A stretch of 64,000 nucleotides of DNA from an uncultured cyanobacterium. Its GTDB lineage: Bacteria; Cyanobacteriota; Cyanobacteriia; CAKZMO01. A program made the translations under genes and the position numbers. Position 1 is the first letter of the stretch. Every line of letters begins with the position of its first letter. Location: NCBI GenBank assembly GCA_963719515.1, contig CAVRCJ010000006.1, positions 64,001 through 128,000 of the forward strand, given 5' to 3'. Below, piece by piece: positions 43,216-52,197 of the stretch. The notes beneath the pieces were generated by a model that searched no databases, had not been told where the DNA came from, and worked only from the letters and a program-made list of their open reading frames with translations.

Positions 43216-43599
43216 CTAAACGGCGACAAACTGCTGCGCCATTTTGATCGCTGCGGCTAGCTCCGCCTGGCTATTCGCCGATACCCTGAGGGTTTTGCCG
43301 TTGGCCTCCACCTCTAGCTCAATTGCTTTCCCCGACAGGCGATCGCCCAAAAACCTAAACACATATTGAATGTTTTCCATGCTGACCTCAGCCGTCAGCA
43401 TGCCGACGAGGAATCCGCCCAAAGCCTTGCTGCCCTCAGGCGGGTTAGGGTCAACAGCGCGCTCAGCAGACTCCACGTCTAGGTCCCGCAGCTCTTGCAC
43501 CAGGTGCTGCACCTGTTCGTCTCGGGCGTCCTCGTCGAGGTCAGCATCCGTCAGTCCGAGGGTAAGCCAGACTCTAGAATCAGTTGTGAGATGGGTCAT
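43216..43599 (-). CDS. Small EACC1-like (effector-associated constant component) protein
   Basis: Acidic N-terminus, PPEGSKALGG turn, hydrophobic helix, then IELEVEANGKTLRV; adjacent to a caspase gene. Family call is from memory. Confidence 0.6.
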   Translation of the reverse strand: MTHLTTDSRVWLTLGLTDADLDEDARDEQVQHLVQELRDLDVESAERAVDPNPPEGSKALGGFLVGMLTAEVSMENIQYVFRFLGDRLSGKAIELEVEANGKTLRVSANSQAELAAAIKMAQQFVAV

Positions 43600-43938
43600 A
43601 GCGCTTGTTTTCACAGCAGAGTATTACAGTTGCGATCGCCGCCACATTGGCAGCAGCGTATTGCATTGGTTCAGTTGCTTAGGACACCAGAATTGGCTGA
43701 AAGCCTGACTGAGTGTCGGCAACTGAACGCGCAAATGTCCTAATGCATCAGGATATTTGCTCTATCATGCCCGGACGGGTCTTTGCATTTCGCAGAGCTG
43801 TATTAATTAGCACAAAGCTTATCTGAGCCTTAAAGAAGCGATGCAGGGCTGTCTTACCATTCTGCTCCTTTATCAAAAGGGTGTAGCTAGAATCAGTTCA
43901 CGCTCTGCTTAGGCAGATAGCAATATTCAACGTGCTAA

Positions 43939-46062
43939 ATGTCACCGACAATATCCCGTAGCACCGAGCAATTTAGCAATCCGCAGACTGTTGACGCCGT
44001 GCAGAGAGCGGTACCCACAAAGCGAGCGCTACTCGTGGGGGGCAGCGAATATGGAAAAGGACTCGCCCCCCTTAAAGCGCCCCTGAACGACGTGGCCGCC
44101 CTAGGACGCGTGCTCAGCAACCCAGAACTGGGGCAGTTTGACCAGATCGATATTCTGACAAACCCCGACCCGCAAACCTTGAGGGAAGCTATTGAAGAGC
44201 TGTTTTGCACCGCCAGTAAAGACGACCTGGTGCTGCTGTTTTTTTCCGGCCACGGCCTTAAAGACGACCGCAATCGGCTCTACTTCGCCACGCGCCTTAC
44301 CCGCAAAACCGCTAAAGGAGCCTTGGTGAAATCCACCGCCGTTCCCGCTAGCTTTGTTCAAGATCAGATGGGAGAGAGCTTGAGCAGGCGGCAAATCGTA
44401 ATGCTCGACTGCTGCTTTAGCGGCGCGTTTGCCGTGGGAATGACGGCCAAATCTGACAATACCGTAGACCTGCAGGCTCAGCTCGGCGGCCAAGGGCGGG
44501 TCGTTCTCACCTCATCTACCTCCACCCAGTATTCTTTTGAGCAAGATAGCTCAGATTTATCCCTCTATACTCAATACATCGTTGATGGTATTGAGACAGG
44601 AGCGGCTGACGTAGACACTGACGGCTATGTCAGCGTTGACGAACTGCACGATTATGCCTGCCGCAAACTGGGAGAATCGGCTTCGGCCATGCAGCCCAAA
44701 ATCTATGCCTTTGACCAGGGCTTCAAGATACATCTCGCCAAAGCACCTCTAGGAGATCCTGCACTTCGCTACCGCAAAGAGGCCGAGGCATTGATCACCC
44801 GGGGTCCCCTGTCAGTGGTGGGACGCTTTATGCTCAATGAGCTCCGGGATAGCTTGGGGATCTCTCCTGCGCAGGCCGATGCCATTGAGACAGGGGTTTG
44901 CAAGCCGCAGAGAGACCATCAAGACAGACGACGGAAATACTTTCAGGCCGTGCTGGCCGCCAGGGAGCAACCCGTGAGCGATCGCACCTGGGCAGACTTG
45001 GAGCGCTTCCAGGCTCTACTCGGACTCTCGGAGGCCGATGGGACTGAGATTCGTCAGCAGGCGGAAGCATACGCCCGCAGTGCCCCCGCTGAGGTACTTC
45101 CACAAGCTGCCCCTGGCCCGCCCGTGCTGCAGCCGATGCCCTATGCCACCGGAACTCTCGCCAGCGTACGCTCCGGCTTTTTGGGACTAGGCGGGATGTT
45201 GCTAGAGGTGCGCTATTGCTCTCAGTCGGCAGACACCTTCACCGAAGTCCTAGGCAGCAGCGCAGCGCTGAGCATGATCTCCATCCCTGCAGGGGCCTTC
45301 ACTATGGGCTCCCACGTCTCGGAAGACGGCCATTGGGAAGTTGAGGGGCCAGAACACGCTGTCGCAGTAGCCACATTCTTTATGGGGCAGTATGCGGTCA
45401 CACAAGCGCAGTGGCAAGCGGTCGCCGCCTACCCCAAAGTTGAGATTGACCTACCGCCTAGCCCCGCCCTGTTTCAAAGCCAGGCCTCCCGCACTATCCA
45501 GGCACACCATCCCGTGGAGCAGGTGGCGTGGCACGAGGCTGTAGAGTTTTGTCGGCGGCTGTCTCAAAAGACAGGGAGACGCTACCGCCTCCCCAGCGAA
45601 GCCGAGTGGGAATACGCCTGCCGCGCCGGAACGAAGACGCCGTTTTGTTTCGGAGGCACGATCACAACTGAGGTTGCCAACTACAACGGCACCTTCACCT
45701 ACGCCGCCGAACCTGAAGGAACTCACCGGAAGCAAACCGTCGCGGTGGGGACATTCCCCGCCAACGGCTTTGGGCTGTACGACATGCACGGCAACGTCTG
45801 GGAATGGTGCGCCGACTGCTGGCACGATCGCTACTCTGACTCCCCCGCAGATGGCAGTGCTTGGCTTAATGGGGCTAAAAGTGATGGCGATAGAAGCGAT
45901 CGGAGAGATCCCGCCAGCAGCGCTTCCGGCCCACGCCGGGTCATTCGCGGCGGCTCTTGGATGGACAACCCCAGCACTTGCCGCTCGGCCTCCCGAATCT
46001 GGATGGCTGCTGACGTTCGAAACGGAGATTTAGGGTTTCGAGTAGTCTGTGATGGGCTTTAA
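43939..46062 (+). CDS. Caspase-like peptidase C14 fused to a helical linker and an FGE-sulfatase (C-type-lectin fold) domain
   Basis: His (FSGHG) and Cys (LDCCFSG) dyad intact; C-terminal FTMGS, RLPSEAEWEYACRAG, GLYDMHGNVWEW and RGGSW...GFRV. Confidence 0.93.
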   Translation: MSPTISRSTEQFSNPQTVDAVQRAVPTKRALLVGGSEYGKGLAPLKAPLNDVAALGRVLSNPELGQFDQIDILTNPDPQTLREAIEELFCTASKDDLVLLFFSGHGLKDDRNRLYFATRLTRKTAKGALVKSTAVPASFVQDQMGESLSRRQIVMLDCCFSGAFAVGMTAKSDNTVDLQAQLGGQGRVVLTSSTSTQYSFEQDSSDLSLYTQYIVDGIETGAADVDTDGYVSVDELHDYACRKLGESASAMQPKIYAFDQGFKIHLAKAPLGDPALRYRKEAEALITRGPLSVVGRFMLNELRDSLGISPAQADAIETGVCKPQRDHQDRRRKYFQAVLAAREQPVSDRTWADLERFQALLGLSEADGTEIRQQAEAYARSAPAEVLPQAAPGPPVLQPMPYATGTLASVRSGFLGLGGMLLEVRYCSQSADTFTEVLGSSAALSMISIPAGAFTMGSHVSEDGHWEVEGPEHAVAVATFFMGQYAVTQAQWQAVAAYPKVEIDLPPSPALFQSQASRTIQAHHPVEQVAWHEAVEFCRRLSQKTGRRYRLPSEAEWEYACRAGTKTPFCFGGTITTEVANYNGTFTYAAEPEGTHRKQTVAVGTFPANGFGLYDMHGNVWEWCADCWHDRYSDSPADGSAWLNGAKSDGDRSDRRDPASSASGPRRVIRGGSWMDNPSTCRSASRIWMAADVRNGDLGFRVVCDGL

Positions 46063-46066
46063 CGGC

Positions 46067-47302
46067 CTACTGAGTTGAATGGGCATCAACGGCATATAGG
46101 TCGCGCCCCTGACCTAGGGAAAACCGTAGGGAGTGAGCTAGGTCTTTGCTGGAGAAGGTGATAAATACCAGCAGCCCTAAAAAGATCAGCCCCGCCGCCA
46201 GTCCAAAGATACCGCTGTAGCCGATCGCATCTGCGAAGCTGCCGAGAATAGGCCCTGCCATAGCTAGCCCCACGTCAAATCCCACCATGCACAGGCCAAA
46301 AATTCGGCCTCGCTCGTTGGGAAGAGAGCGATCCGCCATTAGCGCCGCCATCGTCGGGATCACAATCCCCGCGCCTGCCCCTTGAAGCGCCGCCCCCAGC
46401 AAAAATGCAGGCGCGCTCTCAGCCTGCCAGAGCACCACCATAGCGCTGCCGTAGAGCAGTAGACTCAGCGAAATGAATCGCCCACGACCGTGGTGGTCGG
46501 AGGCTCGCCCCGTCAGCAGCCGAACAGAAAAGCTAGCGATCGCCGCAGCCGTATAAAACAGCCCCACGTTGAAGTCAGCCCCGGTGTCGCGAATGTACAG
46601 CGGCACAAAGGTGCTGATCGCCCCAAACGCAATCCCCACCATCAATAGCACCGTTACGGGAACGCGGAGGCGATCGGTTCCCAGCAGCCGCCAAAACTGC
46701 CCCTCCGGCTGATCTGCTGTAGGATTGGCCCGCTGCGGCTCCCACAGCCTCAAGACGCACAGCAGCCCCAGACCGCCCGCCCCGGCGGCAAGTAAAAATG
46801 CAGGCTTGTAGCCCCCCGCTGTGTAAAGCAAGCCTCCCAAGGCGGGTCCGATTGCTAGCCCAAGGGGATTGACCAGGCTCATGTAGCCAATCAGCTCTCC
46901 CCGATTTTGGGGCGGAGACACGTCGACAACTAAGGCGCTGTATCCTGTCGCAAATGCCGCTATGCTAATGCCGTGAAACGCCCGCAGCACCGTGAGCAGC
47001 ACCAGCGAGTGCGTGAACAGGTAACCCAGAGGCGCTAGGGCGACCGCCCCCATCCCAATCAGCAGAACCAGCTTGCGGCTATGCCAATCTGCCAGTTTGG
47101 AGAGCCGCGACTTAAAGAGCAATAGCCCGATCGCAAAGGACGCCATTACCGTACCCACCTGCTGGGTCGTGGCTCCGGCGTCCTCGATGTAAAGCGGCAG
47201 CGTGGGCAACAAAGAGGCAAGCCCAATCCAAAACAGTAGACCTGCCGCAAATAGAATAGATAGATTGATCTGGTGCTCTCGGCTGAGCGTTTTCAACAGC
47301 AA
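46067..47302 (-). CDS. MFS transporter
   Basis: 12-TM pattern with MFS motif A (LADWHSRK, GRASDHHGR). Confidence 0.92.
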   Translation of the reverse strand: MLLKTLSREHQINLSILFAAGLLFWIGLASLLPTLPLYIEDAGATTQQVGTVMASFAIGLLLFKSRLSKLADWHSRKLVLLIGMGAVALAPLGYLFTHSLVLLTVLRAFHGISIAAFATGYSALVVDVSPPQNRGELIGYMSLVNPLGLAIGPALGGLLYTAGGYKPAFLLAAGAGGLGLLCVLRLWEPQRANPTADQPEGQFWRLLGTDRLRVPVTVLLMVGIAFGAISTFVPLYIRDTGADFNVGLFYTAAAIASFSVRLLTGRASDHHGRGRFISLSLLLYGSAMVVLWQAESAPAFLLGAALQGAGAGIVIPTMAALMADRSLPNERGRIFGLCMVGFDVGLAMAGPILGSFADAIGYSGIFGLAAGLIFLGLLVFITFSSKDLAHSLRFSLGQGRDLYAVDAHSTQ

Positions 47303-47473
47303 GCCAGCGCTCTCCCTTTTTCCAAAATGCTAAAGCGGCAGCACTATGGATGCGGTACCGCTCTTCCGAAATTGTCAGCAATAGGTGACTCACCATAGCT
47401 TAACAATTCTGTAACATTTTGGAAGAGGCCGTCGAATTTTAGGCGGGATTACCGAAGGGCAACCTCTCAGAGG

Positions 47474-47686
47474 CTACGCAATCTGCCGAGAGATGAGCTT
47501 CTCCGCATCGGCCTGGGTTTGCTGAAGGAGCTGCTGCCGGCTGTCTGTTGCCTGAATGATCGTAGGCAATAGGTTGCGGGCCTGAAGAGCCATATGGAGC
47601 TGCAGATGAGCAACGTAATCGCTAAACTGACCGTCGTCATTGAGCGAGCAGGCAGGAGCGGAAAGCGGTGGGTGCATGTCAGCCAT
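47474..47686 (-). CDS. Small hypothetical protein (70 aa), cyanobacterial type
   Basis: MADMHPP...FSDYVAHLQLHMALQARNL..DSRQQLLQQTQADAEKLISRQ; I recall similar conserved cyanobacterial ORFs. Confidence 0.7.
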   Translation of the reverse strand: MADMHPPLSAPACSLNDDGQFSDYVAHLQLHMALQARNLLPTIIQATDSRQQLLQQTQADAEKLISRQIA

Positions 47687-47954
47687 TGCGAGTCTATAAA
47701 GGTATTCAATCGAGAGCCTAATGGAGGGAGAAACCACAGCTGGTAAACCCTAAAAAATCATCCTTCAGAAGTCTAGGATGCATTAAGCAATTGTTAAGCT
47801 TGTTCTGTAACTGAAGGTAGCACGGAGACTTTCACAGCTTGCCACTTCGCAACGAAGTGTAACTCTACGCGGCTCAGACCGTACAATTGTCCTGTCCTAG
47901 CCGCGATCGCTGCCCCATAGAAGATTTATCAATCTATTTATCAATCTAGAGGTT

Positions 47955-48752
47955 ATGCCCATAGATCGGTTTGATGTCCGGCCCAAAGCTTTGATTTTCG
48001 ATGTGGATGGAACGCTAGCTGACACTGAGCGAGACGGTCACCGGGTGGCTTTCAATCAGACGTTTGCTGAACTGAATCTGAAGTGGTTTTGGACTGAGGA
48101 CCTATACGGCGACCTGCTCGTTGTTGCTGGCGGCAAAGAGCGGCTCCGATATTTTATTCAGTGTCACAAACCAGAAATCCCATCGGCGCTTGCCCCTCAA
48201 TCTGAAGACCAGCTCACTGAGCTGGTCCACAAGCTCCATCACCTCAAAAATATTCACTACAAGCAGCGAATTCGCAGCGGCAAGCTTCCGCTGAGGCTGG
48301 GAGTGGGCCGATTGCTGTGCGAGGCGAGGCAAGCGGGTATTCGGCTGGCGATCGCCACCACAAGCGCCCTAGAGAATGTAGTGGCGCTGCTGGACAGTAC
48401 GTTAGGGGCAGAGTCTTTGGACTGGTTTGACGTGATTGCAGCGGGCGATATCGTGGCTCAAAAAAAGCCCGCCCCCGACATCTATCACTACGTGCTGGAG
48501 CAAATTGAGCTCCCCCCCAGCGACTGCATCGTGATTGAAGATTCCCAATACGGCCTGCAGTCGGCGACTGCAGCGGGGGTAAACGTGATTGTGACGGTCA
48601 ACGGCTACACCAAAACCCAGGGATTCTCCTCGGCGCGCCTCGTTCTCAACCACTTGGGAGAACCCGAGCGACCGTTTCGCCCCATCGGCGGCAATGCCTA
48701 TGGCTTCTCGCACGTCACCCCTGACCTCCTAGCTAGAATCATGGCGAAGTAA
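47955..48752 (+). CDS. cbbY: HAD-family hydrolase, CbbY-like
   Basis: FDVDGTLADTERDGHRVAFN, GGKER, KKPAPDIY and IEDS motifs. Confidence 0.88.
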   Translation: MPIDRFDVRPKALIFDVDGTLADTERDGHRVAFNQTFAELNLKWFWTEDLYGDLLVVAGGKERLRYFIQCHKPEIPSALAPQSEDQLTELVHKLHHLKNIHYKQRIRSGKLPLRLGVGRLLCEARQAGIRLAIATTSALENVVALLDSTLGAESLDWFDVIAAGDIVAQKKPAPDIYHYVLEQIELPPSDCIVIEDSQYGLQSATAAGVNVIVTVNGYTKTQGFSSARLVLNHLGEPERPFRPIGGNAYGFSHVTPDLLARIMAK

Positions 48753-48878
48753 CGCACAGGTTTGGCCTATCGCCCCGAGCGACTGGCACACCGGACTCGG
48801 CCCGCAATTCGAATCACCTCTATGATAAAGAAGGACGTGCAGCTACCGCGCCACAATGCCGTCAAGCCCCCGCCTTTT

Positions 48879-49667
48879 ATGAAACCGTTACTCATCACTG
48901 CCCTGCTGCTCAGCCTCTTTGCTCTCCCTGCAGAGGCCCAAGAGAGCCGCTCTCGCCGCAGCACCTCTCAGCGGCTAGAGCAACTGCAGCGCGATCGCCG
49001 CTCAGGGCACTCTGAGCGCGAGCAGGGTTTTGAGCGCCGCGAGTCTGAGCGCTACAATTCTGAGCGCTACAATTCTGAGCGTCGTGATTTTGAGCGCCGC
49101 GAGTCTAGCCGTAATGACGGCACCCCGAGTCGCTCGTATGACCCCGAAGATTTGGAATACCGCCGGGATTCCGGCCACTCCGTCCGGCGCGGGTCGACCC
49201 ACGACCTGGGCAATCGTGGCGGCAGGTCCGTCTTCGGCCTGAGCAACGAGCGGGGCGTGATCATTTTTGAGCCTAGCCGCACCCTAATTATTCAGCAGCG
49301 CGATCGCAATGAGGGCCGGGGCGTAATTGACCTGGACCGCGATCGAGACCTTGTCCCGCCCAGTCGCCTACCTGACTTCGTGACGCCAGTTCCCACGGTC
49401 GCTGTACCCCAGTCTCAGCAACAGGATCCCAGGCGGCTGCACGGCGAGACGATTTCTCCCTTCACGGCTCGGGTGTATGCCAAGTCAGCCTTGGCGGGGT
49501 ACGAAGGGCCTAGTGAGGTATACTCCGTAATCACGCGCTTCTCGCCGGGTCAGAGGGTGACGGCGCTCCAGTCTGCTGGAGGGGCAGACGGCTTTCAGTG
49601 GTATTTAGTCGCCTCGGAGCGGCAGTCTGCCTGGGTGCGGGGCGATCGCCTTTTATTGGTGCAGTAG
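48879..49667 (+). CDS. Secreted hypothetical protein with Arg/Glu/Ser-rich repeats and a C-terminal SH3b-like domain
   Basis: Signal peptide MKPLLITALLLSLFALPAEA; C-terminus ends ...QWYLV....SAWVRGDRL. Confidence 0.72.
   Translation: MKPLLITALLLSLFALPAEAQESRSRRSTSQRLEQLQRDRRSGHSEREQGFERRESERYNSERYNSERRDFERRESSRNDGTPSRSYDPEDLEYRRDSGHSVRRGSTHDLGNRGGRSVFGLSNERGVIIFEPSRTLIIQQRDRNEGRGVIDLDRDRDLVPPSRLPDFVTPVPTVAVPQSQQQDPRRLHGETISPFTARVYAKSALAGYEGPSEVYSVITRFSPGQRVTALQSAGGADGFQWYLVASERQSAWVRGDRLLLVQ
49029..49103 (+). repeat. In-frame 15-bp tandem repeat, 5 units
   Basis: TTTGAGCGCCGCGAG / TCTGAGCGCTACAAT x2 / TCTGAGCGTCGTGAT / TTTGAGCGCCGCGAG. Confidence 0.92.
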
Positions 49668-49670
49668 ATT

Positions 49671-50522
49671 ATGGACTGGCAAGACAGACAGGGAAATTGG
49701 ATACTATTGCCCGACCGGCCCCGAGCCATCATTCATTTTTTGGGCGGGGCTTTTGTAGCGGGTGCGCCTCACCTCACCTACCGCTGGCTCTTGGAGCAGC
49801 TGGCCCAACAGGGATACGTGATTGTGGCGACGCCGTTCATCAATACCATGGACCACAGCGCCATCGCTCGCCAAGTGCTGCTTACGTTTGACCGGGCGCA
49901 GGACTATTTGAAGGCGACCTTGGAGCAGCAGTATCTGCCGATTTACGGCCTGGGGCACAGCATGGGCTGCAAGGTCCATCTGCTGATTGGCAGTCTGTTT
50001 GACGAGGAGCGGGCGGGCAATATCTTTTTGGCGTTCAACAACTTCCCGGCGCGGCGCTCAATTCCCCTAGTAGAGCAGCTCACCCAGGCCTCCTCCCAGT
50101 TCTCCTCGATGCTGGACATGGCGCGGCGATCGCTGCCGGGGCTCGACCAGTTCACCCAGCCGTCTGTAAACCCCAATATTGAGTTTGTGCCCTCCCCGGA
50201 GGAAACGGTAACGCTGGTAATAGACCGCTACCGAGTGCGGCGCAACCTGCTGGTCCAGTTTAGCCGCGACGACATCGACCAGACCCAGATGCTCTACGAC
50301 GCGCTGCAGCGATCGCCTGAGCTGGTGACGCTGCGATCGCTGCCGGGCAACCACCTAACCCCGCTGGGCCAAGACATTCCCTGGCAGCCGGGGACGGCGT
50401 TCTCTCCTATTGACGCGATGGGGCAGATGGTCAAGCAAGAGCTATACCGCGATTTAAATCGATTAAGGCGGGAGATGCTGGTTTGGCTAGACCCAGTGCG
50501 GTTTGGCGCGCTGCCGAAGTGA
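49671..50522 (+). CDS. DUF1350 family alpha/beta-hydrolase-like protein
   Basis: HFLGGAFV, GLGHSMGCK, DDIDQT and GNHLTP motifs. Confidence 0.88.
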   Translation: MDWQDRQGNWILLPDRPRAIIHFLGGAFVAGAPHLTYRWLLEQLAQQGYVIVATPFINTMDHSAIARQVLLTFDRAQDYLKATLEQQYLPIYGLGHSMGCKVHLLIGSLFDEERAGNIFLAFNNFPARRSIPLVEQLTQASSQFSSMLDMARRSLPGLDQFTQPSVNPNIEFVPSPEETVTLVIDRYRVRRNLLVQFSRDDIDQTQMLYDALQRSPELVTLRSLPGNHLTPLGQDIPWQPGTAFSPIDAMGQMVKQELYRDLNRLRREMLVWLDPVRFGALPK

Positions 50523-50687
50523 TGGGCCAAGCGTTCCCCGTCTTGCAAAGGCATAGACTGCTGGCCACTAACCTTGGCCACCCACAATAGTGCCCCCCAC
50601 CCGCAAAAATTTACCCCATAGGATTGACGCGCCCCACTCAGGTCAAAAATACCCTGGTAAACGTGATTATGCGATTTTAAGGTAACT

Positions 50688-51329
50688 ATGCAGGTTCCAC
50701 TAGAACTGTCCTATCGAGATGTCGAGCGCTCTGAGGCAATAGATGCCCTGATTCAAGAGAAACTGGAGAAGCTTGAAGAGGCCTGCGACCACATCAGCAG
50801 CTGCAGCATTGTCGTCGAGCGGGCCCACACTCGGCCCGATAGCGGGTCTCCCTTCCGCGTCCGTATTGACTTGACGGTGCCGCCCGGCCACGAAATTGTG
50901 GCGGAGAAAAGCCCCGATGATGGGGTGCAGTATGTGCCTCTAGACGCCGTAATTCGCGACGCCTTCGAAGCGGCTCGCCGCCAGCTGGTGGCGCTCAACG
51001 ATCGCCAAACGGGGCAGGTGAAAACCCATCCGCAGCAGATGGTGGCCGGTATCGTCACGACTCTATTCCCAAAAGAAGACTACGGCTTCATTAAGACGCC
51101 CGTCGAGGCCGACATCTACTTCAACCGCAACAGCGTGCTCAACGACGACTTCGAGCGGATTGAGTTAGGAACGGGCGTGCAGTTTTTTCGGGTAGAAGCG
51201 GAAGATGGCCCTCGGGCGAGCAGCGTGAAGATCGTAGACACTCCCGGCATTCGCCCCCCGGAAGAGCGAGAGGAAGAAATCGTGCCGCCGCCAATGGGCT
51301 GGGAGCAGCAGGATAACCTCAACGCGTGA
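50688..51329 (+). CDS. HPF/RaiA ribosome-associated domain fused to a cold-shock-like domain
   Basis: N-terminal HPF fold (ISSCSIVVE..VRIDLTVPPG..IRDAFEAARRQL) and C-terminal YGFI..IYFNRNSV. Confidence 0.87.
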   Translation: MQVPLELSYRDVERSEAIDALIQEKLEKLEEACDHISSCSIVVERAHTRPDSGSPFRVRIDLTVPPGHEIVAEKSPDDGVQYVPLDAVIRDAFEAARRQLVALNDRQTGQVKTHPQQMVAGIVTTLFPKEDYGFIKTPVEADIYFNRNSVLNDDFERIELGTGVQFFRVEAEDGPRASSVKIVDTPGIRPPEEREEEIVPPPMGWEQQDNLNA

Positions 51330-51342
51330 GACTGCGCTGAGG

Positions 51343-52146
51343 TCACTCTGCCGGGGGCGAGACAATGCGGAACCGTCCCCCGTCAGCTTCAACCCGCCCC
51401 CCCAGCCGCTCGATCTGCTGAATGGCCCACTGCTGGGTCGCTTCATCAAATGCGTTGGAGAGCACCATAGCCCAGGCTGAGAGCTGGGCCTCCGTACTGT
51501 CTGGGTTCTCCTGCAGCGCCTGCGCTGTTCTAAGAGACCGAGCCGCGATCGCCTGACTTTCGGGGTCGTCGTAAACGCTGGCCCATTCGGCGGCTGTGGC
51601 AAAGGACTGAGCGGCGGCCTCAGAGTCGCCCAAAAACAGCAGCTCGTCGGTGGCCTTATAGCGCCAGATGACGTAGGCTCGCTCAGGGGTTGTCGGGGTG
51701 AGGCGGGGGAGCTCCCGCTCGAAGATTTCGAGGGTGCGCTGGGGCTGACCTGCAAACAGGGTGCTGCTGGCTGAGAGAAACAGGTAGCCATCCTTAAAGT
51801 AGGGGTCGCGGGCAAGGATGACGTCAAAGTAGTCTGGACTGAGCCCGTAGCCCGTTTGGCGTCGAGCTTCCACCTCGCCGAAGTATTGGATAAACTGCAG
51901 CATGACCCAGTCGGCGATCAGATTGCTGAAGCCAAATGAGGGAAGCTGCTTGAGGGCGCTGAGCTGCTGCCGTCGCGCTTCTACTGCCTGCTCTGAGGCG
52001 GTTTGCTCAAAGCCAGAGGCGCGTTTGAGGGCGGCCAGCTGCTGACTTTGCAGCCGCAAAATCCCGGCGGCACTAATGAGGGCGATCGCCAAAAGTATTA
52101 GAGGTTGAGCAGACCTGGACCTAAAGGTATTTACTGGCTGCGTCAT
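51343..52146 (-). CDS. Membrane-anchored TPR-like protein of the kind found downstream of cyanobacterial pilA
   Basis: N-terminal TM, LPSFGFSNLIADWVMLQFIQYFG and DPYF motifs; start taken at ATG 52146. Confidence 0.75.
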   Translation of the reverse strand: MTQPVNTFRSRSAQPLILLAIALISAAGILRLQSQQLAALKRASGFEQTASEQAVEARRQQLSALKQLPSFGFSNLIADWVMLQFIQYFGEVEARRQTGYGLSPDYFDVILARDPYFKDGYLFLSASSTLFAGQPQRTLEIFERELPRLTPTTPERAYVIWRYKATDELLFLGDSEAAAQSFATAAEWASVYDDPESQAIAARSLRTAQALQENPDSTEAQLSAWAMVLSNAFDEATQQWAIQQIERLGGRVEADGGRFRIVSPPAE

Positions 52147-52197
52147 TCTGATAGGGTGATGACATCTTAATATAGTGTCGCACCAACGCTGCCTGCC

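Noticed and set aside
45940..46062. C-terminus of the FGE domain as the variable region of a diversity-generating retroelement
   Set aside because: Cyanobacterial FGE/CLec proteins can be DGR targets, but I saw no reverse transcriptase or AAC-rich template repeat in the window. Several variable-position codons (ATG, TGG, GGA) do not fit AAY-derived NNY codons. A remote DGR cannot be excluded without the whole genome.
47924..47947. 12-bp tandem ATTTATCAATCT x2 just upstream of cbbY
   Set aside because: Real but short; most simply a slippage duplication with no supportable function.
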